64,000 nt of DNA, taken from Planctomycetota bacterium (GTDB taxonomy: Bacteria > Planctomycetota > PLA2 > JAEUHO01). A program made the position numbers and the translations under genes. Positions 59,649 through 64,000 of this stretch are shown here, in pieces (position 1 is the stretch's first letter; each line of letters begins with the position of its first letter). The notes beneath the pieces are model-generated. The model had not been told where the DNA came from and ran no database searches. It saw only the letters and a program-made list of their open reading frames with translations. The stretch covers positions 503,948 through 567,947 of the forward strand of contig CBDCTJ010000003.1 in NCBI GenBank assembly GCA_965222115.1, written 5' to 3'.

Positions 59649-59716
59649 CGTGCAGTCGATTGGCGAGCCTGCCGCGATGCTCGTACACTCTTCGCTTAGG
59701 CCACTGGAGCCATCCT

Positions 59717-61045
59717 ATGCCCCGCCCCCTATTTGTTGCCAGTGTCGCGCTTGTGTTCTTGCTTACGCCCATGCAAGCCCGCGCAAAGGACGAGCCACTT
59801 TCGCCGGCCCAGCGAAAGGCCGCCAAGGCCAAGCATGTCGCCGCAGAACGTGCGTTCGTTGAGAAGGTAAATGCCGCCATTGACAAGGGCGCGAAGTGGT
59901 TGGCGTCCACACAACTCAGCGACGGCACATTTCCAATCCATCAATACGATGAGAACAACCCCCAAAATTTGGGCCGCCAAGCCCTTGTCCTGCTCACGTT
60001 GGCCAAGTGCGGCATGAAAGAGAAAGACCCCTGCATGAAGAAGGGCCTGGAAGGCTTACGTATGTGGTTCAAGAAGGTCGAGAGCCCGGGTTGGGGATGG
60101 AAAACCTACTGTACAGCCGTCACGCTCATGCTTTACGAAGCGCTCCTTTCACCGCCGTCCAAGTCGGGACAAAAGCCCAAGCAAGGCAAGAAGAAGAAAC
60201 GGAAGAAGAAGCGATCCGGCAGCGCCAAGGTGTTCATGGAGCATGCAGAAGTGCTCACCAAGAAGCTCGTGACGTCGCAGGAAGCAAGCGGATGGCGCTA
60301 TCCAGGCGGAACCAACGGCGTCGACGACTTGTCCAACACACAATACGCAATGCTCGGATTGCGCGCAGCCGTTTCAATGGGCATCGACGTGAAGCCCGAC
60401 GTATTCGAGTCGGCGCTTGAGTACGCCCTCAAACATCAACGGGTGGGCGAGAAGCGCGTGCAGACGTGGATTCCTAATCCGTCATGGGAACCGTGGCTTG
60501 CGAAGGATATGTATGGGCAGTTCATGGCGGGTGCCAAGGTGTTCGAAGTCAGTTGGGCCTATATGCCAAACAACCCGAAAGCCAAATACGCGTGGACATC
60601 CACGGGCAGCATGACCACGGCAGGTATTGCGGTGGTTGCTATCATTAAGGAACAACTCACCGCCCACAAGAAGCTCAACATGGAACTTCGAAAGAAGATC
60701 GACGCATCACTGCGCGGAGGACTCGCTTGGCTCGGTAACAACTTCAGCGTGACGAAGAATCCAGGGGATCGCGCGTGGCACTACTACTATCTCTATGGCA
60801 TGGAGCGGGTCGGCGCGCTACTGGGTGTTTCGCATATGGGACAAAACGACTGGTACAAAGAGGGTGCGACGTACTTGATTGAGAAGCAGAAAGAGAACGG
60901 CTCGTGGTGGGATCCCGGCGGAGGACCCAACGACAAGCACACCGATGAGACACTCCAAACGTGCTTCGCATTGTTGTTTTTGAAACGAGCAACCGCGCCG
61001 CCGCCGGTGATTCTGGCACCGGTCACCACCGACGGCGACGGCTAG
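59717..61045 (+). CDS. secreted prenyltransferase/squalene-oxidase repeat (alpha/alpha barrel) protein
   Basis: KGAKWLASTQLSDGTF, DLSNTQYAMLGL, GSMTTAG, YYYLYGMERVG and QKENGSW motifs; signal peptide from ATG 59717. Confidence 0.85.
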   Translation: MPRPLFVASVALVFLLTPMQARAKDEPLSPAQRKAAKAKHVAAERAFVEKVNAAIDKGAKWLASTQLSDGTFPIHQYDENNPQNLGRQALVLLTLAKCGMKEKDPCMKKGLEGLRMWFKKVESPGWGWKTYCTAVTLMLYEALLSPPSKSGQKPKQGKKKKRKKKRSGSAKVFMEHAEVLTKKLVTSQEASGWRYPGGTNGVDDLSNTQYAMLGLRAAVSMGIDVKPDVFESALEYALKHQRVGEKRVQTWIPNPSWEPWLAKDMYGQFMAGAKVFEVSWAYMPNNPKAKYAWTSTGSMTTAGIAVVAIIKEQLTAHKKLNMELRKKIDASLRGGLAWLGNNFSVTKNPGDRAWHYYYLYGMERVGALLGVSHMGQNDWYKEGATYLIEKQKENGSWWDPGGGPNDKHTDETLQTCFALLFLKRATAPPPVILAPVTTDGDG

Positions 61046-61057
61046 CCGACCATAAAT

Positions 61058-61648
61058 ATGCCCACGATCTACTTGGATATGGACGGGGTCCTGGTGGACT
61101 TCTTCTCTGCGGCGCTCCGCGTTCATGGGAGTGAGGCGCTGGCCGATGCCTGGCCCAAGGGCGTGCGAGATATGGCGAACGTTTTGGGGCTTTCGCAGTC
61201 CGAGTTTTGGCGACCCATAGAGGCACTCGGTGATCAGTATTGGATCGATCTTGAGCCATTGCCGGGGATGCACCGATTACTCAGGGTGGCACGTAACGCT
61301 GGGGCGATGATGATTTTGACGTCGCCCCACCAACACGCCGCGTCTCACAGTGGGAAGTACATTTGGATGCAGAACCACTTGGCAAAGGGTCACGGGCGGC
61401 GATTTGCAGACTATGTGTTGACCCGCGCCAAGCATCGATTGGCGCGTCCCGACAGCGTCTTGGTCGATGACAAAGAAGGCCATGTCGAGGCGTTCCGAGA
61501 AGCGGGCGGGCACGCGATTCTGTTTCCCCAAGTGTGGAATCGACACGCCCACCATCCCGACAACTTGAAGGACCCCGTGGGCTACGTAGAAACGCAGCTT
61601 GCAAGGATCGTGAACACGATCACGGACCCCCCGAAGGAGAGTTCTTGA
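61058..61648 (+). CDS. 5'(3')-deoxyribonucleotidase (NT5C-type HAD)
   Basis: IYLDMDGVLVDF, ILTSP, GK..W and LVDD motifs. Confidence 0.85.
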   Translation: MPTIYLDMDGVLVDFFSAALRVHGSEALADAWPKGVRDMANVLGLSQSEFWRPIEALGDQYWIDLEPLPGMHRLLRVARNAGAMMILTSPHQHAASHSGKYIWMQNHLAKGHGRRFADYVLTRAKHRLARPDSVLVDDKEGHVEAFREAGGHAILFPQVWNRHAHHPDNLKDPVGYVETQLARIVNTITDPPKESS

Positions 61649-62610
61649 TGAGTGAAGTCAGCATGACCTACCGTCCGCTTGGACGTTGCGGAACGAAGGT
61701 AAGCACGCTCAGTCTCGGCGGCTGGACCACGTTTGGCGGTTCCGTAACCGACGAAAAGCAAGTGCACAGCATCATTCACGCGGCCTTCGACGCGGGAATC
61801 AACTTCTTCGACATCGCCGACGTTTACGCCCACGGCAATGCTGAAATCATGATGGGCAAGGCGTTGGCCGACATTCCGCGACATCACGTTGTGATTTCGT
61901 CCAAGTGCTTTTGGCCCATGAGTGAATCGATCAATGACCGTGGTTTGTCGCGCAAACACATCTTTGAATCGGTCGAACAGAGTCTCAAGCGCGTGGGCAC
62001 CGACTACCTCGACATCTACTTCTGCCATCGCTACGACGAAGAGACGCCACTCGAAGAGACGGTGCGAGCGATGGACGACCTCGTACACCAAGGCAAGATT
62101 CTCTATTGGGGTACAAGCGAGTGGACGGCCGAGCAGATTCGCAGGGCCCACGACATTGCTGAGAACAAACATGCCTATGCGCCGCAAGTAGAGCAGCCGC
62201 AATACAGCCTGATGGTGCGCGAGAACGTGGAGCAAAACCTCCAGCCGGCCACCGAAGAACTGGGCATGGGCATGGTGGTTTGGAGTCCGCTTGCGTCCGG
62301 CATCCTCACTGGCAAGTACGACGACGGCATTCCAGAAGGCACGCGACTCGATCGCATCGAATGGCTGCGCAAAAAGCTCCACAACGATGACAACCTGAGT
62401 CGCACGCGCGGGCTCAAGAACATGGCCGAGAGCCTGGGCTGTACGCGTACCCAACTCGCGCTGGCTTGGGCCGCTTCCAAACCCGGTGTGAGCAGCGTCA
62501 TCCTCGGCGTCACCCGCATGGAGCAACTCACCGAAAACCTCGGCGCCCTCGCCGTCACCATCGACGACAGCCTCCACGCCGACCTCGACGAACTCTTCCC
62601 CGTCTCCTAG
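61648..62610 (+). CDS. aldo/keto reductase (Kv-beta-like subfamily)
   Basis: GINFFDIADVY, GLSRKHIFES, YWGTSEW, EQPQY and WSPLASG motifs; TGATG coupling with the upstream gene. Confidence 0.95.
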   Translation: MSEVSMTYRPLGRCGTKVSTLSLGGWTTFGGSVTDEKQVHSIIHAAFDAGINFFDIADVYAHGNAEIMMGKALADIPRHHVVISSKCFWPMSESINDRGLSRKHIFESVEQSLKRVGTDYLDIYFCHRYDEETPLEETVRAMDDLVHQGKILYWGTSEWTAEQIRRAHDIAENKHAYAPQVEQPQYSLMVRENVEQNLQPATEELGMGMVVWSPLASGILTGKYDDGIPEGTRLDRIEWLRKKLHNDDNLSRTRGLKNMAESLGCTRTQLALAWAASKPGVSSVILGVTRMEQLTENLGALAVTIDDSLHADLDELFPVS

Positions 62611-62805
62611 TGCGCCACAGATACCTGGTATTTCTGGCGCACGCAGGACTCCCAATGCGCCACTCATACCTGGTACTCCTGGCGCACGCCGCGTGGGGCT
62701 GGGCGCTGCGGCGAGCGGGTGTCGCGGATGCGCCACATTTACCTGGTATTTTTGGCGCACACCGAGGTGCCGATGCGCCAACGATACCTGGTATTTTTGG
62801 CGCAT
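62610..62805. repeat. array of four 33-bp palindromic units (spacers 12, 40, 12 nt)
   Basis: Units at 62610-62642, 62655-62687, 62728-62760 and 62773-62805; consensus RTGCGCCA-NNN-WTACCTGGTAYTYY-TGGCGCAY. Confidence 0.92.
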
Positions 62806-64000
62806 GGATGGGTCGTGGCGGTTTCGTGCAGATGAGCTGATTCGGACGGCGCTTGGCGCTTACACGGAAGGTACGGATGTGCCCCACGGGCTCGAGGATT
62901 TGCTCGATCTGCTCTACCGCGTGAGTTTGCAGACGGAAGAGGGCCATCAGATTCTGCTCTCGTGTGTAGTGCTGCGTAAGGCCGCTTCGCTTCCGCTCAA
63001 TGCCCACTTTGGCGAGCCGCTACGCGCTACGCCCGATCGCCTACGCAAGTTTGCGCTTGGCACCGACCCGCAGTCCACCGTGATGGTGCTTCGCGCCGGC
63101 GCGGCCGACAGTGAGGTGCGCATCCTCGGACTCGCGTCGCGCCTCGTCGCACGCACGTTTATGGGCACCCACACCAAGTCGCTGTGCATGGCCTCGATTC
63201 GCGGCGTAGCAGAGCTGCACTTCGCCCATCCAGACGGCGAAGGGCTCTTCCTTCGCGATCGCTACGATCAACCCACGGGCGCGTCGCGTATCGCCACATG
63301 GCTGCCGCGCCACTACGAAGACAGTGTTGTCAACGACGTGATGCGTGAGTGTGACCATCAGCGAAAAGCGCTGCCGGTCCACCACACCACGCGTGAACCC
63401 ACGCCCCTCCCCGCCGAGCCCAAGGGCTACATTCGCCTTGAACTCGCCAAAGTCATTCGGGCATTGGCGACGCGTATGCGCGCGCTCGGAAAGGGCGGCA
63501 GCATCCTCCTTTTGCCTGTCAATCACGAGCAACTGAACGAACTCACAACGTCGTTTCACTCGCTGCGATCCACGGAAACCGGTTCCCTGGGCCTTGAATG
63601 GTCGGGCTGCATCCTCGAGTCCATGGCGCTTGGCATGTTGAGCCCGAGCGGTGGCCCGCCTTCCGACGAACTCATGGACGCCTACCGCCGCGCCGCCAAC
63701 GCCTCCGAAGAAGAAGTACGCCGCACCGCCCAACTCACCCTCATCGACGGCGCACTTGTTCTTAACGAGCGCTTTGAACCCATTGGCCTGGGCGCCAAAT
63801 TGCGCATGGACAACGAGCCCTACCTCCCCGACCTCGCCCGCGGCTACCTCCAGGCCCGCGAGAAGGGCACACGCCATCGCTCCATGGCCTGCGCCGTCCA
63901 CCGCTGCCGAATCGCTGTCGGCATCGTTGCCTCAAGCGACGGCGAAATCACACTCATCACGAAGTCAATCGCGGGGGATATCGCGATACATGAGTTGATT
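62804..64000 (+). CDS. diadenylate cyclase (DAC/DisA_N) protein with DACNV-like N-terminal domain, partial (runs off the window)
   Basis: Hand translation from ATG 62804 is open for 399 codons: LYRVSLQTEEG, LRKFALG, GKGGSILLLP, LIDGALVL (D at 63746), KGTRHRS (G at 63866) and VASSDG. Absent from the ORF track because no stop lies in the window. Confidence 0.85.
   Translation, partial: MDGSWRFRADELIRTALGAYTEGTDVPHGLEDLLDLLYRVSLQTEEGHQILLSCVVLRKAASLPLNAHFGEPLRATPDRLRKFALGTDPQSTVMVLRAGAADSEVRILGLASRLVARTFMGTHTKSLCMASIRGVAELHFAHPDGEGLFLRDRYDQPTGASRIATWLPRHYEDSVVNDVMRECDHQRKALPVHHTTREPTPLPAEPKGYIRLELAKVIRALATRMRALGKGGSILLLPVNHEQLNELTTSFHSLRSTETGSLGLEWSGCILESMALGMLSPSGGPPSDELMDAYRRAANASEEEVRRTAQLTLIDGALVLNERFEPIGLGAKLRMDNEPYLPDLARGYLQAREKGTRHRSMACAVHRCRIAVGIVASSDGEITLITKSIAGDIAIHELI

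Noticed and set aside
59410-59928. ORFs 59410..59928 (-), 59416..59640 (+) and the 59486 extended start
   Set aside because: They run through the MITE-like element and show no transposase motifs. The signal peptide places the real start at 59717.
62610-62805. CRISPR array
   Set aside because: Spacers of 12/40/12 nt are irregular and mostly too short, the repeats vary internally, no cas genes are in the window, and a solo family member exists at 38096.
61582-63007. ORFs 61582..62805, 62466..62840 and 62555..63007 with repeated APxIPGI or RQKYQV peptides
   Set aside because: The peptide repeats are translations of the DNA palindromes, and the ORFs overlap the AKR or DAC genes.
63041-63901. 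286-aa minus-strand ORF from the track
   Set aside because: Antisense shadow of the + strand DAC gene, which carries the recognisable motifs.
1-64000. tRNA/rRNA, prophage, intact IS, and the many short antisense ORFs in the track
   Set aside because: No cloverleaf or rRNA signatures and no integrase, transposase or phage structural motifs were recognised. The overlapping short ORFs are expected GC-rich shadows.

Overview
GC-rich bacterial chromosomal window, most consistent with a Planctomycetota-like organism. This is inferred from ECF sigma factors fused to large transmembrane/extracytoplasmic extensions, secreted HEAT-repeat, prenyltransferase-repeat and carboxypeptidase-regulatory-like proteins. 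It is gene-dense and mostly accessory: FetAB, an RND pump, a YtrA/ABC module with its operator, a GDP-fucose/fucosyltransferase cluster (gmd, fcl, GT11, GT10, GT2), metF and metH, an HtrA protease, a 5'-3' exonuclease, a PNGase F-like protein and a neutral-sphingomyelinase-like lipoprotein. I found no rRNA, tRNA or cas genes. Features the ORF track does not explain: (1) an unlisted + strand ORF from 62804 to the window end, encoding a diadenylate-cyclase (DGA/RHR motifs) protein with a DACNV-like N-terminus; (2) an array of four 33-bp odd-length palindromes (TGCGCCA-N6-CCWGG-N6-TGGCGCA) directly in front of it, with a solo copy at 38096; (3) a MITE-like family in two sizes (247 bp at 59402, and 80 bp sitting 10 nt before gmd); (4) two tandem stand-alone Clp N-domain proteins divergent from an ECF fusion. 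All family calls come from motif recognition by eye; no database searches were run.
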